From: Antedon mediterranea
Lineage: Eukaryota > Animalia > Echinodermata
Reading direction: 5' to 3'
DNA length: 64,000 nt
Assembly: GCF_964355755.1 (NCBI RefSeq)
Contig: NC_092670.1
Location: 32,228,388-32,292,387 of the forward strand
Part shown: positions 1 to 23,880 of the stretch, piece after piece
Position numbering within the stretch: position 1 is the first letter of the stretch
Layout: each line of letters begins with the position of its first letter
Made by a program: the position numbers and the translations under genes
The notes under the pieces: generated by a model
The model's database searches: none
What the model was told of the DNA's origin: nothing
The model's input: only the letters and a program-made list of their open reading frames with translations

Positions 1-401
1 TGATATGACAGCATTATGTCCATATATGGGCACATCACATAACGTTTGATAGTGTAGATAGAGCTCAAGGCTTTTTTGCAATATGGAATATTTGATATAA
101 TTATATTAAAGTAGTTTATTTTTACAACCACATGAGCAGAATAGTTCAATTCTAAAGGGCTTTTATTACTTTAATGAAACTTTAAAGCAAATTTACAGAC
201 AATCGGTAAAGGTAAAAAAAAAATGTGTGCTTGTCCCACATAGAATTCATATCCTGATCATGGTTTCTGCTCAACTGCCCGTCCGCTCCACATTTTGTGT
301 AATGGTCATAAGAAATGACATAGGTTCTATATTTTTTTTTTCTGCTTACCATTTACTGCTACCACTCGTCTAAATCGGCCATTAGATTAGAAAAAACTTA
401 C

Positions 402-3400
402 TGTGGTTGTTTGGTCACTTCTTACACTGCGCATGACAACACCAAACTCTGTAAAGCCTTTCCCTCTCATTTTCCACTGTGGTCGTTTAATTGTCATTGG
501 CTACAAATTACAAACAAGTGGGTAAATAAATGACAATACTGTAATTAGAAGACCAGTCAAAAAAATATGAAAATCCACTATATTTAACCAAAACAAATCA
601 TTTTAGGTAATTTGGATGCTAATAGACCCACAGCAGCAGTATAATTAGCAAACCAAGAGATTTCTACTGTCTTAAATCATGTACCAAGTTCCTGATCGTG
701 CATGTGTATTGTATGTGCAAGGGACCAACATATTCATATCACATCTGAAGGTTGAGGCAATGACAGCATAAATGAATTATGCGTTTTTTAATGCATAGGC
801 ACAATTTATTCCGAGAAAGACTTGAAAACTCATGCCTCTTATATGCTAGTTCGATTCCCTTAGCAATACGTCATATTGCTTTCGGAAAACGTAACCCCAA
901 TTTGTATTAGTCGACTTTGGTGAATTTCCTATCAAAACAAGGTCTTGTGGCCCGACAAAATATTTACCATATTTCTTCTGGTCATAATCAGCATTCTCAT
1001 GACCTTCTCAATGCCGTTTACAATGTAGTATCCACCCATCTCGTCCTCCTCTTCTTTCCTCTTAATCAGTTGGGCTGGGCTTAGACCATGTAAATTACAT
1101 GCCTTGCTCTGGTAAAATTGAGACATAAGAAATGCATAAATAATTAAGTGTTAAAATATACTGTTTTACAAATCTGACACCTTTCAAAAAATATCAGCCA
1201 ATGTAATAATCATGGAATCATATTTTGGTTAAAACAAAGTTAGCCTTATTCTCATTGTAATACCTTATTCTCATTGTAATACCTTATTCTCACTGTAATA
1301 CAGTAGCTTATTCTCATTGTTATAGCTTATTCTCATTGTCATACCTTATTCTCATTTTCATACCTTATTCTTATTGTAATACCTTATATTCTCATTGTAA
1401 TACGTTATTCTCATTGTAATACCGTATTCTCACTGTAATACCTTATATTCTCATTGTAATACCTTATTCTCATTGTAATACCGTATTCTCACTGTAATAC
1501 CTTATTCTCATTGTAATACCTTATTCTCATTGTAATACATTATTCTCATTGTAATACCTTATACTCATTGTAATACCTTATTCTCACTGTAATACCTTAT
1601 TCTCATTGTAATACCTTATTCTCATTGTAATACCTTATTCTCATTGTAATACATTATTCTCATTGTAATACATTATTCTCATTGCCATACCTTTTATTCT
1701 CACTGTAATACCTTATTCTCATTGTAATACCTTATTCTCATTGTAATACCTTATTCTCACTGTAATACAGTAGCTTATTCTCATTGTCATAGCTTATTCT
1801 CATTGCCATACCTTATTCTCATTGCCATACCTTATTCTCATTGTCATCCCTTATACTCATTGTAATACCTTATTCTCATTGTAATACCGTATTCTCATTG
1901 TCATAGCTTATACTCATTGTAATACCTTATTCTCATTGTAATACCGTATTCTCATTGTCATAGCTTATTCTCATTGCCATACCTTATTCTCATTGCCATA
2001 CCTTATTCTCATTGTCATACCTTATACTCATTGTAATACCTTATTCTCATTGTAATACCGTATTCTCATTGTCATACCTTATTCTCATTGTAATACCTTA
2101 TTCTCACTGTAATACCTTATACTCATTGTAATACCTTATTCACATTGTAATACCTTATTCTCATTGTAATACCTTATTCTCATTGTCATACCTTATACTC
2201 ATTGTAATACCTTATTCTCATTGCCATACCTTATTCTCATTGCCATACCTTATTCTCATTGCCATACCTTATTCTCATTGTCATACCTTATACTCATTGT
2301 AATACCTTATTCACATTGTAATACATTATTCTCATTGTAACACCTTATACTCATTGTAATACCTTATTATCATTGTTAAATACCTTATTGTCATTGTTAT
2401 TATTTTTATGAATATGAATTTAGTACACTACTTTAACCATGATAGGAATTTCTCCCAGGTGTTGGTTGGTTGCTCCCTGCATTCCATCGCTGCAACTCCA
2501 CTGAACTACACCTTGTATCTTTCCACAGTATGTTGTACCTCTTTGGCGGCACTGCAATTATAAAATATTCAAATGTATGAATATAATTGAAATTATGAAT
2601 GTACAGTGGTGTATATACAAAATACAAAGGAACGAATGCGAAATCTACCTAATGACAGGGCTAAGGATAAGCAACGACAGGGCTAAGGATAAGCAACGAC
2701 AGGTCTAAGGATAAGGAACGACAGGGCTAAGGATAAGGAACGACAGGGCTAAGGATAAGCAACGACAGGGCTAAGGATAAGCAACGACAGGGCTAACGAT
2801 AAGCAACGACAGGGCTAAGGATAAGCAACGACAGGGCTAAGGATAAGCAACGACAGGGCTAATGATAAGCAACGACAGGGCTAAGGATAAGCAATGACAG
2901 GGCTAAGGATAAGCAATGACAGGGCTAAGGATAAGCAACGACAGGGCTAAGGATAAGCAATGATAGGGCTAAGGATAAGCAATGACAGGGCTAAGGATAA
3001 GGTAAAGATGGCACAACTTACTTCAGCTGGAAACACCTTCAGTGTTGAAGCAAACTTGTTATCTTTAGCAACTGTTGGATTTCCTATTGAGGCGCTCTAA
3101 CGGGTGAAAAATAATAATTGTAATTTATTTAAATAATTGTACTGCTTCTAACTAATAACTTTGCAAATTAAATGTTTAAAACGATCTGGTTAAGACACTC
3201 ACCTTGAGGTTGTGGATTGTGTACTACCCTACTAACACATTCTTAAATAGTTTGTAGTTCATTTTTTTGCGAGCGTAAATGATTTTACAATATTCAAACT
3301 ATTTCGCAACCTATACAAGGTTGTCAGAAAAACATCTGGGGCAGATTGCTATAAGCGGTCTATAGACAGTCTTAGCCGGCTATAATACGTGACATAGCAA

Positions 3401-4177
3401 GTAACCTTTATTATAGACCATTGCTATACCACGGCCTAAACTGTAAGCAGCCTTTAAAATTAAAGAGAGTCGTAAACCTCTCTTTTTGTTGCTTATACGC
3501 GCGCATTATCGATCATGAAAGACAACCAATTGAACGCGTTTTAAGTATTAAATCAAATAACAACAACCATCTTATTCTTATTCAGTCTTCTCACTAGTTA
3601 TAGTAAACTATTACCCGAAAAGAAAGGGTCACTTGAGCTCCTGATGGCAGAGAAAACTGCACAGGCTGCATATTCTGTACTGCAAGCATTAAGCCTTCCT
3701 CCAACATGTAGTTAAAAGATTGAATATGAGGTTCTGTCAGCTTCTGCAATACCTAAAACAAACGAAACATCAACATGATTTACAGATACGGTATCAAAAC
3801 GTAAATCATTGTTGTGGCAACAAGGCATTCTGAAATCATGAGATTAGAATAAGCCAGACCTGCTCCCCGAGACCTAGATAGGACTGTTACCCGCAATGTG
3901 AGACGGATTATGTGAGAGTAAAAGAAGTTATCATCCGACTAATGCTTCACATGTATCAATGTCTTTGCCGCAATTTTCCACACTAAAATGTCTTGGCAAA
4001 GAAAAAGGGGCTGGGGTGGGGAGCAGCAGTATTATTGAAATAAATGGATTAAACTGCAAGAGGCTGTTTTTTTTTATTTCTTACTTTATTCTGATGAGCA
4101 CTAGATTTTCCATAGTTAAGAACAGTAAGATGACGATTGTTACCAATACGAGATTTTGGCGGTTCTGTCTCCGCCAT
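402..4177 (-). CDS. POLR1B: DNA-directed RNA polymerase I subunit RPA2 (first six coding exons; gene continues off the left edge)
   Basis: Exons 4177-4085 ([31 protein letters not shown]), 3752-3615 ([21 protein letters not shown]...), 3096-3022 (...KVFPAE), 2551-2432 ([11 protein letters not shown]...LGEIPIMVK), 1108-968 (SKACNL...[19 protein letters not shown]) and 500-402 ([13 protein letters not shown]...). All have GT-AG boundaries in phase 0. Motifs H-x2-SFN, P-x-EC-R-x-R-x2-Y, P-IMVKS-x2-CNL and GGY-x-I-x-NG-x-EK match RPA2. Confidence 0.95.
1244..2400. repeat. 19-bp minisatellite (ACCTTATTCTCATTGTAAT)n, roughly 60 copies, in a POLR1B intron
   Basis: Directly visible tandem array with variant units (GCCAT, GTCAT, CACTGT). 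Confidence 0.97.
2651..3002. repeat. 22-bp minisatellite (ACGACAGGGCTAAGGATAAGCA)n, about 16 copies, in a POLR1B intron
   Basis: Directly visible head-to-tail units with no spacers. Confidence 0.97.
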
Positions 4178-4559
4178 ATTTTCAAATAATATTTCTGAAA
4201 AATTTTAAAAATCAAATCAGACAATTAACAAGAATAGATAAAATGAAAAATAAAACACCTCAGGCCAACATACCATTAACCAATGTGGATAGATATTATC
4301 TTTGATTCTAATAAACGCTAGTAGGAATTCGTGATGGTCTAGGCCTAACTATTACAGTATTCCTTAAATTCCAGGTATGCTTTGCTCCGACTACAGGCAG
4401 AGCATGAAAATTGAATGACCGTGATATAACCTAGACTAGAGAGGCCTAGACTATATAGTTGCACCAGCAGCTGTTTTAACGATATAAACATCCCTACGAC
4501 AAAAATTAAACTTAAATTAAAGTATTATATATAACTAATTGAACAAATAAACGTTATTT

Positions 4560-4670
4560 ACTGCACCTTTTTACTGTTAATTTCTTCGAATTTCACAAAC
4601 ATGTGCGTTCCGTGCGGTCAACAGTTTGTTTGATTAGTTTCCGAGTACAGACGTCACGTGGTGACCTATA
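4560..4670 (-). promoter_or_regulatory. Putative POLR1B promoter / non-coding first exon region
   Basis: Acceptor TTTCAG at 4196-4195 just upstream of the ATG implies an upstream UTR exon. A CpG-richer patch carries overlapping CRE/E-box GACGTCACGTG at 4650-4660. Confidence 0.4.
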
Positions 4671-4989
4671 TTTTTAATACAGTATTCGACATGTCGACCA
4701 TGTATAGAGATATATACTGGGCAAAATATGATACCTACATAATAATATGATACTGAATATTAAAAAAACTTCAACAAACAAAGGCTTCCATTATTTTTTC
4801 TCCCATAATACTTGACCCATGTTGGCATATTGTGTGTAATCAACATGACTCTTTCCTTCTTGATAATTATCGTTAATTCGCGATCTTTTTTTTTGTATAT
4901 TTTATTCAAATTTTTTTGTTTATCATATCTGTTCTTTTTTTTTTCTGTTTACTCACAGCTTTATTTGTTTATAAAATTATATATTTATT

Positions 4990-5127
4990 TTAGTTAAGAT
5001 CATGGGACTGCTGACTCTTGTAGTTACAGTAATCGTATTACTTTAGCAGTCCCTGACCAATTCATCTTTGTACATTGTATATTAACGGTTTTGTTGGTCA
5101 AATAAATAAATGAAATGAATGAAATGA
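4990..5127 (+). mobile_element. Probable LINE/SINE 3' end (stem-loop, AATAAA and (GAAAT)n-like tail)
   Basis: GGGACTGCT...AGCAGTCCC inverted pair followed by AAATAAATAAATGAAATGAATGAAATG, resembling CR1/L2-type termini. Confidence 0.35.
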
Positions 5128-5727
5128 TTCATGGAGGTATACCTCCATGGTTGATTGTATTACTTACTCAAATTTCAACTATTAATGATCTATTGCATGC
5201 CCAGTAAATTAAATTGTGTAATGCTGCTATAGACCGGACTATTGCATGATATGAAACCCATGTGTAGAATACACCAAAGCCATAGCCTGTAACTGCTCTC
5301 CTCTGCGACCAAAATCCTTATGTTTATGTGTTACAAATATTGGCTTGAATGTCAAACAATTTCATTACTTGAAAGCCTGATTGACTGAGGCTTGCTGTTT
5401 CTATCAAGATTCAGCTGTACCAAAGAATATATTTTTTTAGAATCCCAGTGTATAAAGCATGAACCTATTTAGTCCATGGTATAACTTTGTTTCAACTGAA
5501 TTTACACAGTACCTGTCAATATTTCAACACATGAAAATATTTTTTTCATTCAACTCAAACATTCCTTATTCCTAATGCAAGCAAAACTATTATACAGTTG
5601 TAATTATTTTTTTTCAATTAAAACAAATTTAAATATAGCAAACAAGAATGGATCCTTTGTTTGCAGACTCATGACATTGTTCACTATGAGCACCACTGCC
5701 AAACCTTCACATAACACACTACAATGA

Positions 5728-5853
5728 ATTATAAAATTACTATGGGTACATACAATGGATACAATGGATACATTATATAAATTACTATGGGTACATACAA
5801 TGGATACATTATATAAATTACTATGGGTACATACATACAATGGATACATTATA
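5728..5853. repeat. Short tandem repeat of about 40 bp, three copies
   Basis: ATTATA(T)AAATTACTATGGGTACATACAATGGATAC repeated; explains ORF 5604-5870. Confidence 0.85.
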
Positions 5854-6482
5854 TCTTCTATATTTTTCAAGTGGAATAATTAGGAATCTGTGTTTTCTGC
5901 TGTTTTATGTTCCAAATTAACAAATAAATTGGTACACACGAAAAACATATTTATTTAAACTTTAATGAGTCATAACAAGAATCAAAGAGGTGAAATTTGA
6001 GGAATCTACAATTTAGATTTAAATATTCGCCACAATGGTTTACCAGTAAATTCAATCGGTGCAGCACTACCATAAATACATTTGATAACGTAATTCCTTA
6101 TTACATCATATTCAAACAATAAAATTATCAATATACAATACACAGCACCCATAACACAATCAATGCCAGTCAAAACAATGGTACTAATAAAACCTAATAG
6201 TTATATTTAAATCTTATTGCATTTTATTATATCCATATCAAACAAGTTTACCATTTAAACAGCAGCAAAAGAAATTAAGATACTGTAGTAGTGAACATCG
6301 AGATTTATTATATACTGTATGTGATCGCCATGGGGACCGCAGTAAACAAAATATATGAATTGTTAAAATTACACATTTTATTTTCTATCCATAAGTGTTT
6401 CTGTAAAATGATATTCAATTTAATTACAATTGTCTATGAATTATTGTTTTTCCTTTCATTTCACCGGCAAGAAGTGTGATCA

Positions 6483-8641
6483 TTATTTTTGAGTTTCCTC
6501 CTTCAAGAAAGCTATGAGATCAGCTCTTTCAGTTTTCTTTTTTAATCCAGCAAACACCATTTTGGTTCCAGGTATATATTTCTTAGGGTTGTATAGATAT
6601 TCCCATAATGTTTCTTCACTCCATGTAATACCTAAACGAATAGAAAGTAAGTTACAATTGAGTTATTATTATTTATTATGTTAAGAAAGGGCAATACGAA
6701 AGGAATAGGTTGAAAAAAGTGTGATGTGACCAAATATGGTAGTGATATACCCAAATATGGTAGTGATATGACATCATCATGTCCATATATGGGCACATTA
6801 CACTTTTTTGATACTAGTTTGATATTGTAGACAGAGGAATAGAAAAGATGAACTGGGCAGCATCTACTACAGTGTAGTAAAATAACCTATTGGAAGATTA
6901 GAGAAAATGTACTTTATTAAAAGTATGTGAAAAGGGTTGTGCCCACCCCAGCTCTGTCTAATACACTATCAAACTTTATGTGACAACAAATATGATGTGC
7001 CCATATATGGACATGATGATGTCATATCACTTCTGTATTAAGGCATATTACTACCCTAATTTGGGCACATCACACTTTTTTGTAAACAACTCTCCCAATA
7101 CCGGACACCCTTGGGCGGGCATATATTTTCCGGTTTTTCGAAAGTCCGGTTTCCTGAAAACATATTTTTAAAGTCATCACGTTGTCACTGAAAATGCTTT
7201 GAATCACCGGTCCGAATGCTGCCCGGTACGGTCTCCTAGCGTAGGGAAGGCCTAGGCTAGGCTATGATTGTGTCAATCTAGTTTTAATTAAATAAATACT
7301 GATAGGCCTAGGCCTACTTTATTAATATTAAGCTAATTCAGTTTACCTTTTTTAAAAGTTACATTATTTACTGTACCAATAAAACATGTTACAATAGTAA
7401 ATTATTGTTTCTCAATGTGTTTTTAACGGCAAAAAGGCCTACGTATGTACGTACGGTGAACATAATTTCGGTCTGTTTATTTTTTTTCGTGAGCAGCAGC
7501 TGCATGGGTGATAAGGGCTTTGATTGATGCGCATGTGCATAGGTGTCATAATCAAATAAAAACGCCCACACCTAGACCACATGTTTTTTAAGCTCCTTTA
7601 TTTTAACGTAATTTGATAGCAATGATGAAAATTGTACAGGTAAACGAGCCAAGCAATAATGACACAATAATTAATTGGTAACATTTCAAAGTTTATTAAC
7701 ACTAGTTAAGTCAAGTTCATTCCGTTTACGTTTTGCCATAATGATTTCCAAATTTATAATGATGCACATTTTTAGTGAAACATTCCTTTTTAAAGTCCTA
7801 TTGCCATTGTGAATTTAACAATAATTTAAACAAAACAAAGACACAAAGTGGAATGTAAATTGAACTTTATTAAAAAACAATTCATACGCTAAAAAACAGG
7901 GAGTTCTTAACAACTCCCTGCTAAAAACAATAGACATTAATTAAGACATAGCGCTTCGATGTGAAAAAGCCCACCGCAGTTCGATACGCAACAAAGCAAT
8001 TGCCGCCTCGTGGGTTAACAATGAACTGACCTGTCAATCACAGTGTAGCGCTCCATGGCAACATTATTTGATCGTACCGCGAAACGTCGCGCACTTCATG
8101 CATGGCCGGTGAGGGTATGGTTAAAAGCTTTTGTACATTGTGAATGTATTGAATCCGAGTCAGCGACGACGATGTTACGTTGTTTTCGTAAATATTTGGA
8201 GTTTTTTAACTGTCAGTCCGGTTTTCAGACGCTACTTTTCGTGTTTTGTACTTCATAATTTGTCCGGATTCCGGAATTGGGTATTCCGGTTTTCATAATA
8301 AATTACAGTACATTTAGAATAGGGACAAATTGGGCCCTCCAAAAAAGTCCGGTTTTTCGTGAATTCCGGTTTTGGGAGAGTCCGGTATTGGGAGAGTTGA
8401 CTGTACTTGATAGTGTAGACAGAGCTTTAGAATAATTACCTTTATTTTTATTGGCATCAGTGTAACTAAATCCAGCTGCTTGCCCCGTCTTCCTTCCATA
8501 CATTCCCTTCAGGTTAGGCCCTTGCTTGTGTTTACCACTATTATCAATTACATGGCACTGTGTGCACTTTTGTTTGAAAATTGCTGCTCCTTTTGTTGGG
8601 TCACCTTTTGGGACGCCACCTGCTGGAACTTTTTCAGCCAT
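6483..8641 (-). CDS. CYCS: Cytochrome c (116 aa, two coding exons)
   Basis: Exon 8641-8440 ([30 protein letters not shown]...GPNL...TDANKNK) joined in phase 1 to exon 6631-6483 ([49 protein letters not shown]). Contains the CXXCH haem motif and the Met80-equivalent in PGTKM. Confidence 0.98.
7087..8403. mobile_element. Non-autonomous Tc1/mariner-pogo-like element nested inside a short Harbinger-type MITE
   Basis: Inverted ends CAACTCTCCCAATACCGGAC (7087) and GTCCGGTATTGGGAGAGTTGACTG (8403) followed by TA; the left CAGT terminus is missing. Internal TCCGG motifs repeat. Host MITE halves lie at 6950-7086 and 8406-8429. Confidence 0.7.
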
Positions 8642-9416
8642 TTTATTACAATTCTGTCGATGAGATAAAATACAGTATTTAGCATAGAAAAATATTCTTA
8701 ATTTATAAATTTAAATATATAAACAAGTTACTGTATTTTTCAATATTTGTAACAGTTAGAATAAACTTGCTGTTATGTTACACTACAAAACTGTACATAA
8801 ACTCAATCCACTTTACTGTACTTTAGGAATGATTGTACAGTATGACAATCACTGAGTGATTCATAAAAGGAGCTTAAATTAGAAACGTACTGTATATATA
8901 TATGGATATGATCAAGGTTATTAAACAGGCAATTAAATTACATAATACAGTAATTCAAAAAAAGTTATTAAACTAGGCCGATGTATTTTTACTAAACATT
9001 ATTATTAACTAAATATATTTGAAAACTACAGTTTAACTTAAGTAGGATTAAAGAATGTACCAATAATAAAAGTTTTAATTTAATGACAGTAATAGTATAT
9101 TCACTACCAAAAGCCCATACACTTTCTATTTATTAAGGGAAAATAAAGAGATTTCAACTATTTTAACATTGAAGGACTGAAAATAAGTCACAGTAGTATT
9201 TTCAATCTTGCAAATTAGTGATCATTAATATTCATTAACCTTATTAATTTAGTGTCCAAGGTTATGTATGTGGGTTGCATTTAATTGGTATTAGTATTAC
9301 AGGTTATTTTTAACTTGGTTTTATCGAACTTCCGTTTATCAGAATATTATCTGTTTTAATCTAGTCTACCTTTATTTTTTATACTCATATATTTTTATAT
9401 TGCATGTTTAATTGCT

Positions 9417-10425
9417 CGCCGTGGTTAGGATTCCGGCACCGGAATTCAACTGCCCACCGTTAGGGAATCCGACACGCTATTGCGCATGCCCAGAGCGAAG
9501 TAATTATAGCTTGCATGCACGTCAGCTGCAGACCGCGCACCCACACACCACCGAGAGTCGAACGCTGTTATAGGTATTTACTGTAGCCTTTAGTCGTTGC
9601 GCGGGGAGAGAGCGATGGATGAAACTTGGCCTAGGCCATACATGAATTAAATAATTAAAATTTGCGTCCAACTTAATGATATATTGTACTAGGCCCAACC
9701 ACTCACTTTTTCAGTTAATACGGATTGGACCCCATTGGCAATAAGTTTAATTTTTATTTGTCGACTTAATGGGTTATCCTGGTATTCTTTTTGTACATTG
9801 TATGAATATCGAATAAAATCAATCAATCAAAATACGACTACGCCAAGCGTTAAAAATAATTATTTTGATATTGATAAGAATCAGTATCTACAGTATCTAA
9901 GAATCGTAATGCTGTAATTTTATTAGACAGAGGAAGTATGAAGTTCGGAACGGGAGAAAAACACAGGCCTACCCAGTAGCATAACGCTTGCATATTTCAA
10001 GAAATGTACGAAAGTGAATATAGCTTAGCGTTGCGACCCCGACTTCCCAAACAGTTCTGTTTTTTTCACATCATATCCGCGCGGCGGCTGCCGTCAACAA
10101 ATCAACTTGTAGTATACGAGTGCATGTTATTACAGTATAATGCGTTATCTTTTATTTTGTACTTGAAAATCATAAAACTAGTCATGTAATTATAATTCAT
10201 AATTATATGAAGTTTATATATGAATGGGCTAGGCTAGTTTGCCGTGGCGCAGCTATTAATAGATCCATCGCTGTTAGCAAAGATAGTGTAGTATCTTTGC
10301 TGTAGTCTGTAGATGATGATAGTATAGAGTCGCCGATTACCTCGCTCTGGGCATGCGCAATAGCGTGTTAGGGAATCCCTAACACTGGGCAGTTGAGTTC
10401 CGGTGCCGGAATCCTAACCACGGCG
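9417..10425. mobile_element. Mutator-like MITE of about 1 kb in the cytochrome c first intron
   Basis: TIRs of about 88 bp starting CGCCGTGGTTAGGATTCCGGCACCGGAA. Flanks TTAATTGCT (9408-9416) and TTAATTGTT (10426-10434) form a 9-bp TSD with one mismatch. Confidence 0.8.
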
Positions 10426-10950
10426 TTAATTGTTTTAAAGATGCACCATTATTATGTGTGCCGCTGTTCAAAAAGCGTTTTCCGAAAAAATTATTATTAT
10501 TAATAATTATTATTATTCTTAATTTAATATAATAAATAAGAAACAAAAGTTATATTTTATTTGCTTCATGTTGCCAAACATACTTTTTAAAAACTTAAAA
10601 AACAATATTTCAACAAATTAACAATGATCTGATAGTAGCCTACAAATAAATCATCAATAATGACTTAAACAGTCAGTGTATACCTTGATCAATGGTTAGG
10701 CCTAGGCTAGAAAAATCGCTAACTACACTGCTGGTGGACGTGTGTGTACGTGCCGCGTCAAGCAATCAAGTGGATTATAAATTCTGACGTAACATGCAGC
10801 CTGATTACCCTTCAGTTGAACTGCCTACACATTTCTGTCTCAAAAACCGTATAAATCAACCAACTATGTATATTTTAGTACATATTATCAAAATAAACTA
10901 TATAAATATTCTAAAGAGAAGAAAAATTTAAAATAATAAAACGTACTTAC

Positions 10951-11125
10951 ATGTTTTATGAAGAATTTATTTTAAAATATAGTACAAACGGAAGCTGAAC
11001 CGGCGAATAGTTCTTACAAATTGTACAAATCGCGTTTATAAGAACATTATACGCATGCGTTTTCATGACGCAATAACCTTTATATTCCAAATAAGGTTCG
11101 ATATTAAGTACATTTGATTGGCTAC
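10951..11125 (-). promoter_or_regulatory. Cytochrome c promoter and non-coding first exon
   Basis: Minus-strand CCAAT (11121-11117), palindrome ACGCATGCGT (11051-11060), TATAAA (11040-11035), then a GTAAGT donor at 10950 pairing with the acceptor at 8655-8654, 12 nt before the ATG. Confidence 0.7.
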
Positions 11126-13133
11126 TGAACAAGAGCGCTGTCGTAAGTCGTATACTAATACCGTACTATACTGTATTATTAAAACATTTATGTAATCAGA
11201 TATCATGAATGGAAACAGAACACAATAATTATACTTTCTTGTATTCAAACTCAATGATTTTATGCCCAAATAGTCAGACGATTTGCATCCAAAAGTGTTT
11301 ATAACCTAATACTAGGCCTACGGACTTTTTTTTTTCTGAATAAAACTTTTATCGGTTTTCAAGACGGCAGCATGCAGTATTATTTTTATTAATTGTTTGC
11401 ATATAAAAATTAATGCCTGTGATATTCAATTCAAAACCTACTCCGCTGTTATCCCCTTTTATTCATTCTAATATTGTTATTGATGGTATAGTACCAGGTG
11501 GATTTAACCAGGATGAATTAGTGGATCATACATTTCAGATTATATTAGTTAGGGCAATACGAATTAAGCCATATTTTTAAATCATCATGGAAAAAATCTT
11601 ATCTTTTATTTTAGCCGCCAAAAACAAATAGGCCTAACATACATAACAAAAAAAACATTTTTAAAAACCCCGTTATACCCCATCAACCAATCCGGGAAAT
11701 TACACAACAAAATGAATATACCATCAAATCTATTTGCAAAATAAGAAATAAATTAAATAAATATAAAAAAAAACCATAAATAAGTTTATATAATAGTACG
11801 TAGCCTATTATTTACAGTAAAGGGGCTAATTAATTTCGATATCTTGTCCAAAATAATTAGGGCTACACTTGATATACATATAACAACATAGGCCTATTCA
11901 CAGTTTAAGCCGTTCATAGAGGTATAAAACTAGTCTAGTTTGTCTCAGTATTATTAAAACTTCAACTTATTCAATTTATGTAATAGTGAGTTTTTTAGAT
12001 TATTATGTTTAAGACATCGATATTCTTGAAATTCACTAATTCGTGCCTAATGGCATTTTTATATATATTATAAGTTTGTATTCACAGTCCGTTGTTTTAG
12101 AATATAAAATATATTATTATAAAACCTGGGCTGCTAGTATTTCTTTTATTTCGTGGTGAAAAATGAATTTTCTTTGACAACACATAAATAAAATCTTCTT
12201 GTTAAATTGTGTCTCCACCATTCGGCTGATGCTTTCAATCTAAGAAGCTAAACCAAATTTTAAATTCTAGTGAAATATATTGTTGTATTTAATCGCTATA
12301 CAGGCTAATAATGATGAAATGATCAAATACCAAATAAAATGATGGTGGTTCGGAGATGGTTGGTGTACAAAGGCCTATTGCACTAGTATAGTAAAAGATA
12401 GCGGAAACTTAGTCTTTGGTTGTTGCATATAATTATAATAGAGCAGAAATTGGTGGCGTATTGTTATGTTAGCCAGTTAGCCTCGAAGTACAGGCGTTAA
12501 TTCAATCGTGTGTGATTGTTGTTTTTCTCATGTCACACGACGGAGCCAGTTTTTAGCTTAAAAACGTGCAAAACATTAAATCAAAATCTCTGATTCTGTA
12601 GATTATACTGGAAAATAGTAAGCAGTAATTTCATTATGCATTGTAATTACTCGTTGATATTAGCAATAAATATTAATTACTGCAATGTCTAGTTATGTTA
12701 GGCCGCCAGGCTAGGCCAGACCAAGACAAGAAGGGTAAGGCCTAGCTAGGCCTAGAGGCCTAGCCTAGACTGCTTATTAATATTTTTTATAATTATTATT
12801 ATTGGGTTGTTGTTGGCCGGGACTGTTTAAATGCCTGGAAATTGAGGAATCGATGACATGTACAGTCTGAGTAGTACTAACTAGGCTAGGCCTCTTAGTA
12901 GGCCTAAACTAAAGTCTACTAGCCTAGCTAGGCTAGTAGGCCTAAACTAAAGTCTATCACAATTCAGTATTTATTTTAATTCAATACTAATTTAATTATT
13001 AGGCTATTCTAAATAATTATCAATTTTAAATAAATAAAATCATGATGGAGTAAAGTTTTATTTCAATTTGAATTCAATTATAAATACCTAGCTAGGTATT
13101 GTATTTCTTCAGTTCAGGCTGAATGGCACCAAA

Positions 13134-23880
<10,747 letters not shown>

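Noticed and set aside
1244-3002. Regular short repeats resembling a CRISPR array
   Set aside because: Units are head-to-tail with no unique spacers, there are no cas genes, and they lie in eukaryotic introns.
8303-8439. C-terminal part of the 112-aa cytochrome c ORF in the track
   Set aside because: Intron read-through; the true C-terminus is exon 6631-6483.
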